The position numbers and the translations under genes were made by a program. From Candidatus Doudnabacteria bacterium (GTDB lineage Bacteria > Patescibacteriota > Doudnabacteria > UBA920 > 2-01-FULL-46-14): a stretch of 64,000 nucleotides of DNA. The stretch's first letter is position 1, and each line of letters begins with the position of its first letter. Of this stretch, positions 37,579-47,553 are shown piece by piece. Below the pieces are notes generated by a model, which saw nothing but the letters and a program-made list of their open reading frames with translations, made no database searches and was not told where the DNA came from. Location of the stretch: assembly GCA_041497195.1 (NCBI GenBank), contig JBGQGB010000001.1, forward strand, positions 9,904 through 73,903, read 5' to 3'.

Positions 37579-37902
37579 TCAGAGCGTTGACTCCGTCAGC
37601 CCGCCGCACTCGGAACTCTCTGGCGGATTCTGAAATCGACGGAAAGAAGCAAAAGCCGCCTCGACCACTTCCACCAGCACTTGGGCACAGTCAGTAGGCA
37701 TCTCGGGTTTCATGCAATTAATCCAGTCAACGATCAGGTCCTCGTGAAGGTCAACAGGCCGATTCGGCCACCGACGCATGGAGTCCTCAACAAAACCGAC
37801 TAACGCGTCAATAACCTTTTCTTCTGAGAGGCCGTACAGTCCCCCAAAGTAGCGCAATTTCGCGCAAATCTCACTTTCCACTTGGCCGAGCGTCCGCAGC
37901 AT
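37579..37902 (-). CDS. Hypothetical protein (ORFan islet)
   Basis: SD GAAGGAGG; overlaps the upstream ORF; followed by a terminator. Confidence 0.65.
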   Translation of the reverse strand: MLRTLGQVESEICAKLRYFGGLYGLSEEKVIDALVGFVEDSMRRWPNRPVDLHEDLIVDWINCMKPEMPTDCAQVLVEVVEAAFASFRRFQNPPESSECGGLTESTL

Positions 37903-38239
37903 ACTCGCCTCCTTCGAGAAAAGATTGGATTGGTGTTTCCTGCAATTTCTTTTGGACCAGCGCGAGCAAAGTCATAGCTTGCTCGCTGGACAGGCGGCGT
38001 TTGAGGTAAGTCACTCTGATTCGCAAGGCGATGAACTTTTCCAAAAACTCGGGCACGTAGTCTCGCCTGAGGATTCGCACTGCCTCTTCAAAAGCAGACT
38101 CAAATTGCTCGCGCAAAAGAATATGGCACGCGATCGGAATCCTCTTTTCGCTCAGGAAACGCGCCTGTCTCATGCAATCCGCGAGTTCCCCCAGCAAAAC
38201 CTGCAAAGGGGGCGCCAGCGGTTTTTTGTTTTCGTACAT
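37871..38239 (-). CDS. Hypothetical protein (ORFan islet)
   Basis: SD AAGGGGG; promoter TTGACT-N17-TATGGT at 38295-38267. Confidence 0.65.
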   Translation of the reverse strand: MYENKKPLAPPLQVLLGELADCMRQARFLSEKRIPIACHILLREQFESAFEEAVRILRRDYVPEFLEKFIALRIRVTYLKRRLSSEQAMTLLALVQKKLQETPIQSFLEGGEYAADARPSGK

Positions 38240-38302
38240 AGCTTCCCCCTTTGTATCTGAAAATTCACCATACCACTGGGGGAAGAAAGAGTCAATGAGA
38301 TC

Positions 38303-38743
38303 CTAGAACTTCACGGGTTGGCCAGTCACTAGACCGTATCGCTGCACCGAGCCGGCGTTCAGCTCAAGCACAGTGTCAGCCACGTCTTTGCTGTGCACAC
38401 TGACTATCGGCGTGCCACCGAGAGGGGACGGCAAATCCGGGGCGATATCCACGATCTGATGATCCCGTATAAAAATTATGTCGAGGGGGAATTTCATGCC
38501 TCTCATCCAAAAATTTTGGATTCTGGGGTTGGAGTAGACGAATAACATCCCGCAGTTGGGACAAAGGGACGCGCGCCCGGACAGGCCCTGAATCTGTTTC
38601 GGCAGTGTGTCCGCGACTTCCACGCGAAACTGATTTGGGCCGATTGTGACTGTGTTCTCAGTCAGATGCCTGGAACGGACAAACCAAAACAAAAAACCTA
38701 AGATGACCACCAGGGTCAGTAGGAGCAAAAAGATCGACTTCAT
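38303..38743 (-). CDS. DUF192 family protein
   Basis: VEVADT...GLSGR...GMLF...FWMRGMKFPLDIIF...VLELNAG. Confidence 0.92.
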   Translation of the reverse strand: MKSIFLLLLTLVVILGFLFWFVRSRHLTENTVTIGPNQFRVEVADTLPKQIQGLSGRASLCPNCGMLFVYSNPRIQNFWMRGMKFPLDIIFIRDHQIVDIAPDLPSPLGGTPIVSVHSKDVADTVLELNAGSVQRYGLVTGQPVKF

Positions 38744-39807
38744 ATTTTTTTTTGTTTACTGCGATACATAACGACTACGCCAATGGCCACTAAAAGCATT
38801 ATCACTCCCAAAATTAACAAAGCCACCAATTTGCCCAGTGACTGAAGAAATACAGCCACCCCGCCGAACACTGCTGCCAAAAAATACAAAAACAGGACAG
38901 CTTGGCGTTGCGACAGTCCGATATCCAAGAGACGAAAATGCAAGTGCTTCTTGTCCCCGACAAAAGGCGAAGCTCGAAACAACAGCCTTCTGGTAATCAC
39001 CCAGGCCGCATCCAAAATCGGAATACCCAACACCAAAAGCGCAGTAGCGATCTTCCCGCCGGAAATGACGGCAAGAGTGCCGATCATGAAACCCGTGAAA
39101 GTACTCCCCCCTTCTCCCAAAAAAATTCTGGCTGGAAAAAAATTGTGCGGCAAAAATCCCAAAGCCGCGGCAGCAAAAATCAAGGCCAAAAAAGCGGTCG
39201 TCGTTTGATTGACGGCTGGGCCTAGTGACAAACCGAAAATCACCAGGCCGGCAATGACAGAAACCCCGCTGACCAAGCCATCCATTCCGTCAAGAAATTT
39301 CGTCGTGTACGTTATGCCTAAAATCCAGGCAAACACAAACAAGCTGCCAAACACCGGATAGCCTCCTAGCTTGAACCGGTCCAGAAGTATCGGGCCGCCC
39401 AAAGGGTTGGTCACATAGGAAATATGTGTGCCGGTCAGGACCACGAGCGCTGCGGCGGTAACCGGAAACCAGATCTGCACAGAGGCGGGGAGATCATATT
39501 TGTCGTCCAAAATCCCGCCAATCAAAAGTATCGCCCCCCCCAATACCAGCCCGACCAACTGGAGCGCTGAAATCTCGTCCGTCCCGCCCAGCCAGGCTAA
39601 AACCATAACCCCACCGACAAAACTCAAAAAAATCGCCACGCCTCCCAGCTTGGGCATGGGCTTGGTGTGGATTTTCCTGTCCCGGTCCGGCCAATCATGA
39701 ATCCCCAGATGAGCAGCCAACATGCGCACGAGCTTTGTCACAAAAAAAGAAACGACTAGCGTCGCCAGAAAAAAAATGAGGAAATAGAGATTACGATTTG
39801 GAAGCAT
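38740..39807 (-). CDS. WecA/TagO-like undecaprenyl-phosphate GlcNAc-1-phosphate transferase (MraY superfamily)
   Basis: RKIH..PMPKLGG, GILDDK, LDGMDGL, NFFPARIFLGEGG, DKKHLH. Confidence 0.92.
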   Translation of the reverse strand: MLPNRNLYFLIFFLATLVVSFFVTKLVRMLAAHLGIHDWPDRDRKIHTKPMPKLGGVAIFLSFVGGVMVLAWLGGTDEISALQLVGLVLGGAILLIGGILDDKYDLPASVQIWFPVTAAALVVLTGTHISYVTNPLGGPILLDRFKLGGYPVFGSLFVFAWILGITYTTKFLDGMDGLVSGVSVIAGLVIFGLSLGPAVNQTTTAFLALIFAAAALGFLPHNFFPARIFLGEGGSTFTGFMIGTLAVISGGKIATALLVLGIPILDAAWVITRRLLFRASPFVGDKKHLHFRLLDIGLSQRQAVLFLYFLAAVFGGVAVFLQSLGKLVALLILGVIMLLVAIGVVVMYRSKQKKI

Positions 39808-41452
39808 GGTGGAACACCATAGCTGGCTCCTTGATCTCGCTCTTGCGCGCTTTCGGCGTTACCCAAAACTCCATGTATTTTCCCAGCATCAGGCGAGTTT
39901 GGGCATCCACTGCCGGGGCCGAACCAAACACAGTCGATACCAACGGGACAAAAACCCACTGCAAAATCATATTTAGGGTCCGCCAGCGAGAATACCCGGC
40001 CGGCCGGGAAGGAATCAGCACCATATTGATATATACGGAAAAGATCAAAAATACCGTGGCAATCTGCATTATCGAACTGGTTAAAACCGGCAAATTGAAA
40101 GCCAGGACCTGGTCCCCGAACCGGCCCGCCCCCAAGAGCAACGGCAACCAGCCCAATGCCGTAATCATGATTGACGCAGTCGCCCAGAAATAAAATCCTT
40201 CGAGCATCCGCTCAGTGTACAAAAGTTTTTTCCAGAGCGGAATTTGCCGGTCGGCCCAAGCATTGGTGGCAAGATAAGGAAAATTTTCGATGCCCCAGGC
40301 CCAGCGCCGTTTCTGCTTGTATTGACCTATCAAAGTTTTCCAATAGCTCTCGTCAAGCATCGCGTCGAGCGAAACCGTGGTAAAAATCGGCTCAGTTCTG
40401 TAGTTGCCGTGGTACTTCAACCAACAACGCCAAAAAATCTGGGAGTCATCGGAAATCACATCTACCGCCCAGTAGTCCACCTCGATAAGAGCCTTCAGGG
40501 TCATCGCGTGAGAGGAAAAAGTCACGAGCCTATCCGGGCGGCTCGCCTCGACCATCTGCCAAAAAGAATTGGCCACCGCGACCACTCGGGTGATGGCCGG
40601 CGCGTCCCAAATGTTGTTATTGTAGACCGGCATGGGCTGATAGCTGGTGTGATAAGGATCAGGCGACGTCAGAAACGCATAGGTCAAATAAGAAAAATAA
40701 TTTTTTGCGACCACTGTATCCGAATCAAAAGCCGAAACCAAAACATTCTGAAGCGGGATGTTCAAGTCACGCATTATCTCAACTGCCTTTTTCGCAGCAT
40801 AAGTGATATTGGCACCTTTGGCCTTGATCTCACCGGAAATGCCGTCCGGATGCATGATGGCCTCAAAGCGGTAAAACAGCCGGCCATAGCGCTCTCTGAG
40901 AATCTCGGCATGGCGGGTCGCTCTGACAAAATCGCGTCCTTCCGTGGCCAAAACAAAAAAAATCTGGTCTTTGGGAAAACCCGCTTCAGCGATAGAGCGG
41001 ACGGAGTTGTCCAAAACTTCCAGATCTTCCTTGTAGGTTGGTAACAAAACCAAATGAAAAACTTTCCGGTAGTCGAGATTGCGCCCGGAAAAATCAACCT
41101 TGTCCAGGCGCTTCAATTCTGTTTCCAAATCCTGCCGTTCCCGTCTGGAACTGGCAACCTCTTTTTGCCGCCGCAATGAGCTTTTGTAAGTTTCGAGGTT
41201 TAAGAGCATCTCCAAACGCCCGTGGAAATCGTAATGAGCATATAGTTTCAGCTTGAAAAAACTGCTCAAGAGATGGAGAGCGGTATTGATCGCTTTGAGC
41301 ACCCAGTAGAGGTCAAACAAAATAATGTAAATCGCCACCCAAGCCGGAGCTATACGGGAAAAAATTATCGCTCCGACAAAAGTCAACCAAACTAAAAGAC
41401 CGGGGACGATCTCCAAAGCGCGGTAGGCCGGAGTTTTTTGTGTGGTCTGCAT
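39791..41452 (-). CDS. Membrane glycosyltransferase family 2 (processive type)
   Basis: LPTYKE, FDSD, ISDD, QKRRW; N- and C-terminal TM helices. Confidence 0.85.
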   Translation of the reverse strand: MQTTQKTPAYRALEIVPGLLVWLTFVGAIIFSRIAPAWVAIYIILFDLYWVLKAINTALHLLSSFFKLKLYAHYDFHGRLEMLLNLETYKSSLRRQKEVASSRRERQDLETELKRLDKVDFSGRNLDYRKVFHLVLLPTYKEDLEVLDNSVRSIAEAGFPKDQIFFVLATEGRDFVRATRHAEILRERYGRLFYRFEAIMHPDGISGEIKAKGANITYAAKKAVEIMRDLNIPLQNVLVSAFDSDTVVAKNYFSYLTYAFLTSPDPYHTSYQPMPVYNNNIWDAPAITRVVAVANSFWQMVEASRPDRLVTFSSHAMTLKALIEVDYWAVDVISDDSQIFWRCWLKYHGNYRTEPIFTTVSLDAMLDESYWKTLIGQYKQKRRWAWGIENFPYLATNAWADRQIPLWKKLLYTERMLEGFYFWATASIMITALGWLPLLLGAGRFGDQVLAFNLPVLTSSIMQIATVFLIFSVYINMVLIPSRPAGYSRWRTLNMILQWVFVPLVSTVFGSAPAVDAQTRLMLGKYMEFWVTPKARKSEIKEPAMVFHHASKS

Positions 41453-41453
41453 T

Positions 41454-41828
41454 TCAAGAATTCAAAATTAGAAGCGGGGCCAGGGCCACCGCCAGCATGA
41501 GTTGCGCTGCCAGGGCTACGAAAACAAAAAAGTAGCTGAAGAGTTTTTCCTGTTCATACAGCCATTTGCCCAAATAAAAATTGACCGCAAGAATCGACAA
41601 ACCCGCACCCGGCAACTGATAAAGTTTGCGCGCAGCTCCGACGAAATCAATCCCATAGACCACATTAAAATGCAGCGGAATCAGATCCTGTGAGTATCCG
41701 AACTTGCTCCAAAGCAAAATCCAGAGTATAATATTGATAAGTAAAGAAACGCCTAAAGAAACCAAAATCGACCTGTCGCGTAGATAAGTGCTGGGGGAAT
41801 TTGAGAAAATAGTTGAGTTGTCAGTCAT
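41454..41828 (-). CDS. Small membrane protein (DUF1648-like IPLHF motif)
   Basis: Three TM helices; IPLHFNVVYGID; start MTDNS assumed. Confidence 0.7.
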   Translation of the reverse strand: MTDNSTIFSNSPSTYLRDRSILVSLGVSLLINIILWILLWSKFGYSQDLIPLHFNVVYGIDFVGAARKLYQLPGAGLSILAVNFYLGKWLYEQEKLFSYFFVFVALAAQLMLAVALAPLLILNS

Positions 41829-41869
41829 TTTTATCCCTTGCAGTGTAACAAAAATACCCAATTTATTCA

Positions 41870-43696
41870 ATGACTAGATTTTTTGAAGCCAACCACAAAT
41901 TGCTGGCCGTTTTGATGTTTGCCACCATGCTCGCCCTCGGCATCAGCAGCATGGCCGGGGACTCCGGAATCGTGGACGAAATCGCGCACATTCCGGCAGG
42001 CTACAGCTACCTGCGTTTCGGCGACTATCGCCTCAATCCGGAACACCCGCCGCTACTCAAAGAACTGGCAGCCGTACCGCTGCTGTTCATGCACCTCAAA
42101 TTTCCAACCACCATCTCAGCCTGGACCACGGAACCGAACGGGCAATGGGAAACTGGCTGGAATTTTATTTATCATATCGGAAATAACGCCGACCGCATCC
42201 TATTTGTGGCGCGGCTACCGATTTTGCTTCTGGCCATAGTGTTTGGATATGTTCTGTACTGGTGGACGAAAAAAAGATACGGGATTGAGACAGGTCTGCT
42301 GGTCTTGTTTTTGTACTCACTTTCGCCGAACATACTCGCGCATGCCCGGCTGGTGACCACGGATCTGGGCATTGCCGCTTTTGTATTTTTTGCGTTCATC
42401 ACCTATTTCCGGTTTTTGGAAAAACCAACCTGGAAACATCTCTGGCTTGCCACCACATTTTTTACCCTGGTCCAGCTGGCCAAATTCTCCGCAGTCCTGC
42501 TCTATCCGTTTTTTGACCTTTTGGCAGTCATTGCGGTAGCAACCTGGACCAGACCGCAAATCTGGCGGCAGCGGGTAAAAATCTATCTCGGGGGACTGAT
42601 TTTTATCTACGTGATAAGTTTTCTGCTGATCTGGATTTTCTATGTTTACCCGACGTGGAACATGCCTCACGATGTGCAAACGCGGCTCATTACCAGTTCG
42701 CTTCAGTACGGCCTGGGGGCCAAAGTCGCAAATATCCTCGTTAAACTCAGCGCCCTCCCTGGCATGAAACCGATAGTGCAATTCCTCCTGGGTGTGGCCA
42801 TGGTTTTCAACCGAGTCAAAGGCGGCAACACCACCTACTTCCTCGGCCAAGTCAGCAACCAAAGCTTCAAATGGTATTTCCCCTTGACATACTTTATCAA
42901 AGAACCGGTGACCCTGCTGTTTTTGGCCATGCTGGCGATCTTTTCCGGCCTGGCGCGGTATCTGAAAAAAACCCCTTACAAAATCTGGGTTAATTTTAAA
43001 TCGTACGCGCAGAACAATTTCGTGGAATTGTCTTTTATTTTATTCATCCTTTTTTACGCTTATGTTTCCATTTCGGGCAACCTCAATCTCGGAATCCGCC
43101 ATCTCTTTCCCATCCTACCCATCATCTATCTCCTGGTCGCCAAACATACTGTCAATTTTGTGAAAAAAGCGAATACTCCTACGCTACGCGACAGTTTTGG
43201 CTGGATCTTGGGCGCGCTTCTGGTTTGGTACCTGTTTGCCAATCTCTCTATCTACCCTCATTACGTCGCCTATTTCAACGAGGTAATCGGCGGTCCGGGC
43301 AATGCCTATAAATACGTCAGCGACTCCAATGTGGACTGGGGCCAGGACCTCAAACATCTAAAGAATTACGTAGTCGCTCATCCGGAGATCAAAAAAATCG
43401 CGATTGATTACTTTGGCGGCGGCGATCCGAAATACTATTTCTGCCCCCGCAAATACGATGCCCAAAGCAATCTCATTGCCAATTCTTCGGGATATGACTG
43501 CTCCAAATCTGTCTTCCTGGAGTGGCACGCGGAAAACGGGCATCCGCCCGCCAACTATATCGCCGTGTCGGAAACTTTTTTGACGAATGACTTGTATTGG
43601 GCGCCGATGCGTAAAGACGGGGGCTACGCCTGGCTGCGCGCAATGACCCCAATAGCCAAGATCGGGTATTCGATTTACGTGTATAAGATAAAATAG
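41870..43696 (+). CDS. GT-C fold glycosyltransferase (PMT/ArnT-like)
   Basis: VDEIAH, NPEHPPL, AKFS, DSNVDWGQDL; many TM helices. Confidence 0.87.
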   Translation: MTRFFEANHKLLAVLMFATMLALGISSMAGDSGIVDEIAHIPAGYSYLRFGDYRLNPEHPPLLKELAAVPLLFMHLKFPTTISAWTTEPNGQWETGWNFIYHIGNNADRILFVARLPILLLAIVFGYVLYWWTKKRYGIETGLLVLFLYSLSPNILAHARLVTTDLGIAAFVFFAFITYFRFLEKPTWKHLWLATTFFTLVQLAKFSAVLLYPFFDLLAVIAVATWTRPQIWRQRVKIYLGGLIFIYVISFLLIWIFYVYPTWNMPHDVQTRLITSSLQYGLGAKVANILVKLSALPGMKPIVQFLLGVAMVFNRVKGGNTTYFLGQVSNQSFKWYFPLTYFIKEPVTLLFLAMLAIFSGLARYLKKTPYKIWVNFKSYAQNNFVELSFILFILFYAYVSISGNLNLGIRHLFPILPIIYLLVAKHTVNFVKKANTPTLRDSFGWILGALLVWYLFANLSIYPHYVAYFNEVIGGPGNAYKYVSDSNVDWGQDLKHLKNYVVAHPEIKKIAIDYFGGGDPKYYFCPRKYDAQSNLIANSSGYDCSKSVFLEWHAENGHPPANYIAVSETFLTNDLYWAPMRKDGGYAWLRAMTPIAKIGYSIYVYKIK

Positions 43697-43721
43697 GGAC
43701 TCAAGTCCGACTCCCATCAGG

Positions 43722-43757
43722 CGCCTAGACCAAAAATCGCCCCCTAGGCGGTTTTTT
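43722..43757 (+). terminator. Terminator
   Basis: CGCCTAG/CTAGGCG plus T6. Confidence 0.6.
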
Positions 43758-43783
43758 GTTAGAAAAGGAGTTTTTCGGCTTTC

Positions 43784-43812
43784 TTGACACTTCTGAAAAA
43801 CAATACTAAGAT
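43784..43812 (+). promoter_or_regulatory. Sigma70-type promoter of the ORFan islet
   Basis: TTGACA-N17-TAAGAT. Confidence 0.7.
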
Positions 43813-43839
43813 AAAAAGTCACAAATCCAAGGAGGTGTC

Positions 43840-44073
43840 ATGCCTAGACACTGTATTGATCCCAAAGTCGGGAGGCTTTGGCGGGATTGTGTTGACGGTA
43901 AGCTGATGAAGCGTGGAAGAGAAAAAGATGCCAAGAGCTTCGGCGAACATGTTCGCAGGTGTGGATCTTGTAAGCGAGTATTGATCGAACACGCTCATCG
44001 GGAAGTTGCAATTCCTACCATAAAATCAATCCTTCGCCACCACCACCGCCACGTCAAAAACTCCGCGAGGTAA
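43840..44073 (+). CDS. Small protein with zinc-binding anti-sigma-like HxxxCxxC motif
   Basis: AAGGAGG SD; N-terminal HC, FGEHVRRCGSC. Confidence 0.65.
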   Translation: MPRHCIDPKVGRLWRDCVDGKLMKRGREKDAKSFGEHVRRCGSCKRVLIEHAHREVAIPTIKSILRHHHRHVKNSAR

Positions 44074-44124
44074 CACTCTCACAAGAGTAATATTAGTCCA
44101 AACAAATTACAAAGGAGGAAGACA

Positions 44125-44634
44125 ATGAGGGGAAGAGCTACGAGACCACCAAATCGACACGTTGTTCTGTACGGCGACAAGGTCTATGACTTCTTTCAAA
44201 AACTGGGCGAACGGCTCGAACGGTTCGGGGGGTGGCGTATGCCTCTCTTTCTTTTCTGCCTGGTGATGCTGATGCACCACTACGCTGTTTCTAATGTTTA
44301 CCCGACGCACGAGTCAACTGTTGTCGTCGGGCACGTGCTCACCGCCGATGAAATCAAAACCCTAGGTCTGAAGTCTCCACAGGCGGAGGCTGCCGACCTT
44401 GATAAGCGAGTAGCACTGGCTTCAATGCTATCCCCGGAACCAATGGCGGCAACGCTTATACAAACATATTGGTTGAAACTTCCAATTCGGGTTCCCGGGC
44501 AAGATAGTTTGGTCTACCTTCCGGTACGCCGACAATCTGCGCATGACCTGATGGGACAAACAGTAAAGCTGCGAAAGGAATCGACAGTGCTTCGTGGGAA
44601 GGTTCTCGCGGTGTCATACGAGTTCCTGCAATAG
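44125..44634 (+). CDS. Hypothetical single-pass membrane protein
   Basis: AAAGGAGG SD; one hydrophobic segment; terminator follows. Confidence 0.7.
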   Translation: MRGRATRPPNRHVVLYGDKVYDFFQKLGERLERFGGWRMPLFLFCLVMLMHHYAVSNVYPTHESTVVVGHVLTADEIKTLGLKSPQAEAADLDKRVALASMLSPEPMAATLIQTYWLKLPIRVPGQDSLVYLPVRRQSAHDLMGQTVKLRKESTVLRGKVLAVSYEFLQ

Positions 44635-44645
44635 GCAATCCAAGA

Positions 44646-44686
44646 GGAGCGACTGTGCTGCACAGGCAGTCGCTCCCTCTTTTTTT
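44646..44686 (+). terminator. Terminator of the ORFan islet
   Basis: GGAGCGACTG/CAGTCGCTCC plus T7. Confidence 0.85.
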
Positions 44687-44727
44687 ATCAAATTAAACCT
44701 AAAGTTGTTTCCAAGCCTGCAAATTTT

Positions 44728-45402
44728 TCAGCTTATCACCGTTCCTTTGAAAGGACGGTTTTTCAGTATCGCATCGAGATTTTTGAGATTGCGGCCGTTG
44801 GCTATGAAAACTGACACACCAAGTTTTTGCGCGAGCTCGGCTGCGACTGGATCAAACGGCACATGGGCGCCCGGTTTCCATTTGGCGCCGAATATTTTTC
44901 GAAATTCCGCCCAGGTCATTTTGGTAATTTTCCTGGCGCGCCTGTCTTTTCTTGGATCTGCAGTGTAAACATAATCAACATTCGAGAGATTGATGACAGT
45001 TTTGGCCCCATGAGTCTGCGCGATGCAGACGGCGTCATAATCGGTAGAATGTCCCGGTTTCCAGCCGGAAAAAACTTGGATTCGTCTAGATGTCTTCACT
45101 TTCTCGCGCGGATCAGAGATTACGGACTCGTACGCAGAAACACCAAATATTGACCTGACCAGCTCGGCATTAACTTTTGTCGGCGCGATGCCCAGCCAAT
45201 CCAAATCTTCGTTGCTGATTTTGGCAATCTGTTTGGCCGCAGCCTGATAGTCCCTGGTTACTTTTCCCCCGCCCGTGACAATATAAAAATTATTGCCCCG
45301 GCTGCTCAAATTCAAAACCAGCCGGCGAAACCGCCGCAAGAAAGACACTTGAATTTGCCCCGGATTGATTATTGAACCTCCTAGAGAAATCACGTAGTTC
45401 AT
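44728..45402 (-). CDS. pyrH: UMP kinase, archaeal type
   Basis: VISLGGS, TGGG..RDYQ, GWKPGHSTD, YTADPRK, PFDPVAA; start MNYV. Confidence 0.92.
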   Translation of the reverse strand: MNYVISLGGSIINPGQIQVSFLRRFRRLVLNLSSRGNNFYIVTGGGKVTRDYQAAAKQIAKISNEDLDWLGIAPTKVNAELVRSIFGVSAYESVISDPREKVKTSRRIQVFSGWKPGHSTDYDAVCIAQTHGAKTVINLSNVDYVYTADPRKDRRARKITKMTWAEFRKIFGAKWKPGAHVPFDPVAAELAQKLGVSVFIANGRNLKNLDAILKNRPFKGTVIS

Positions 45403-46352
45403 AGGATTGGTGAAGTGCTGGTAGCATTCTCGGGCGCGCAAGGCGCGTCCTTATAACAATAATACGCAGTCGTGGCTAGGCGCAAATCAATGTACGACAA
45501 CCCAGCATATGTCTCGGGCTTGATGGCCTGATTTAGCAGCAGCGCCAAGTTGCTCAGCTGCGTCTTTACACTGCGCCCCAGGTCGAAATAAACGCTGAAA
45601 CCTATTCCAGTCTTGATGAAAATATCCAGACTGAGGCTTCCGGGCAGGGAAAAACCCTGTACACTGGTCTGCGTTACCGTCTGCGGCCACGCAGTTTCCA
45701 CGCTGTCAACGAAATTGAGAATCCCGGAGACGTCCAGGTGCTGACCCGGCTGGACTGGTTCTCCTGTCTGGTCAGTGATCAGCACTTCCGGATAAGCAGT
45801 AAGCTGATAGTCAAGAATTTTTTGAAACACGACCCCGTCCTGGTCCAACAAATAATAATCCTGGCCAGCATGCCACACATATTTCGGCTGCCGCAGTTCG
45901 AGGGAAAGCTCGATTTTGTTCGGCAGCTCTCGTTTGAAACTAGTAATCCCGCGAATCTGCGGCAGTTCATTCTGCAAAGCCCTCAACAACCGCGCCTTGG
46001 TCAAAAGCACCATATGATTGCTCGGGATCAAATAAACGCGATGCTGCTCCATGGCATGTAGAGCCTCACTTATTTGCGAATTGTCCAGATCGCTATTGTG
46101 CACGACAGCCGCTCGAACTAAAAACGTTTGCGAAATAGTCAAAAAATAAACCACTACCAGCAAGACAATTGTGGCGACTGCTCTGGAAAAAATCGAGCCA
46201 AGACCCAGCCTTTGCAAAACTCGGGCCCAAAACCCTTCAGGGACCGGGTCGGTCTTTCTTTGAAATTGCCTGGCCTGCTTAAGCTTTCTTTGAAACTCCG
46301 GGCGCCTGAACCGGAACTGCTTACGCGCCGATTTTTTCCAAACGTCAAACAT
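45399..46352 (-). CDS. FtsQ/DivIB-like cell division protein
   Basis: Basic N-terminus, single TM helix, POTRA-like region, C-terminal YIDLR. Confidence 0.75.
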   Translation of the reverse strand: MFDVWKKSARKQFRFRRPEFQRKLKQARQFQRKTDPVPEGFWARVLQRLGLGSIFSRAVATIVLLVVVYFLTISQTFLVRAAVVHNSDLDNSQISEALHAMEQHRVYLIPSNHMVLLTKARLLRALQNELPQIRGITSFKRELPNKIELSLELRQPKYVWHAGQDYYLLDQDGVVFQKILDYQLTAYPEVLITDQTGEPVQPGQHLDVSGILNFVDSVETAWPQTVTQTSVQGFSLPGSLSLDIFIKTGIGFSVYFDLGRSVKTQLSNLALLLNQAIKPETYAGLSYIDLRLATTAYYCYKDAPCAPENATSTSPIL

Positions 46353-47544
46353 TACTGTCCTCCTGAGGCGGCTTCGGGAGTTTCGGGGAGTTTACCATTT
46401 TCAGGATGTCCGAATCGAAGGAAAATTTCACTCTTTTTTTTCGTTCGTGACGATCTAGCGCGAGATCCACCAGTTTTTGCAGGAGCGTTGGCAAATCAAT
46501 CCCGCTTTTTTCCCAGAGATGATGATACAAAGTCCCGGGCAAGGTATTGATCTCGTTGGCATAATATTGTTTTGATTTCTTGTCGTACAAAAAATCCACA
46601 CGTGCTATACCGGAACAGCCAAAAACTTTGAAAATCCGAATCGACAAATTGCGGATCTCAGCCGTCGTTCGCTCGTCAAGCCTGGCGGGAATCACGAGGT
46701 TTTGCTGGGCTTTGCCCAGCTGCGCCCCGCCCCCGACCAAATATTTATCAGCGTAAGAAAACAATTCTGCAGAAAAAATAGATTCCTGAAGCAAGGACGC
46801 TTCCGGCTCCTCGTTACCGAGAACCGCGCAAGTAATATCCATCAAAGCTTCAACCGCTTCTTCGACGATAAACCTCTCACCGTAATGCAGCGCGACCTCA
46901 GCGGCTTGTGTCAGCTCTTCGTCCGTCACGACTTTGGCTACACCTATGGAAGAGCCCAGACGCGCCGGTTTGACGAACAGCGGCCATTTCAAGGCAACTT
47001 TTATTTCCGCCAAAATTTTGGACTTGTCCTTCTGCCACTGCTTGACATCAAAATGTAAAAATTTGGCTGTTGGTATATTTTGCTCCTGATAAAACTGTTT
47101 GGTCAAAATCTTGTCCATTGTCAGGGCGGAGGCAGTGACATCGCAACCGACATAAGGGATATCAAAAATTTCAAAGAGTCCCTGGATGGTCCCATCTTCG
47201 CCGTAACTGCCGTGAAAAGCTGGAAAAGCCAAATCAATGGCTATGGTTTCTCCAAAACTTTTCTTCCCTCGAAAAACCAACTGGCCACGCGAAGCTGAGA
47301 GATCCAAATAAAAGTCCCCCAGTTTTTCCGAGCTGATTTTGCTTTGGTCGGCAAAAGTGAAAGTCCGCAGTTGGTCCAAATTTCCGCCCAAAAGCCAGGC
47401 GCCGTCCTTGGTCAGATAAACAGGCACGACCTCGTAACCCAAACCTTTCAGTCCTGACATGACAAGCTGGCCGGTAATAATCGAAATGTCGTGTTCAGGA
47501 CTGCGGCTGCCGAAAAATACGCCGATTTTTTTTACTTGTTTCAT
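46345..47544 (-). CDS. ddl: D-alanine--D-alanine ligase
   Basis: GSRSPEHDIS, HGSYGEDG, VKPARLGSSIG, RVDF, NEINTLPG. Confidence 0.95.
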   Translation of the reverse strand: MKQVKKIGVFFGSRSPEHDISIITGQLVMSGLKGLGYEVVPVYLTKDGAWLLGGNLDQLRTFTFADQSKISSEKLGDFYLDLSASRGQLVFRGKKSFGETIAIDLAFPAFHGSYGEDGTIQGLFEIFDIPYVGCDVTASALTMDKILTKQFYQEQNIPTAKFLHFDVKQWQKDKSKILAEIKVALKWPLFVKPARLGSSIGVAKVVTDEELTQAAEVALHYGERFIVEEAVEALMDITCAVLGNEEPEASLLQESIFSAELFSYADKYLVGGGAQLGKAQQNLVIPARLDERTTAEIRNLSIRIFKVFGCSGIARVDFLYDKKSKQYYANEINTLPGTLYHHLWEKSGIDLPTLLQKLVDLALDRHERKKRVKFSFDSDILKMVNSPKLPKPPQEDSNV

Positions 47545-47553
47545 AAATTTTTC

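Noticed and set aside
43696-43722. GTCCGACTCCC resembling a tRNA/tmRNA 3' remnant (att site)
   Set aside because: No TTC T-loop, no CCA, and no integrase or matching repeat in the window
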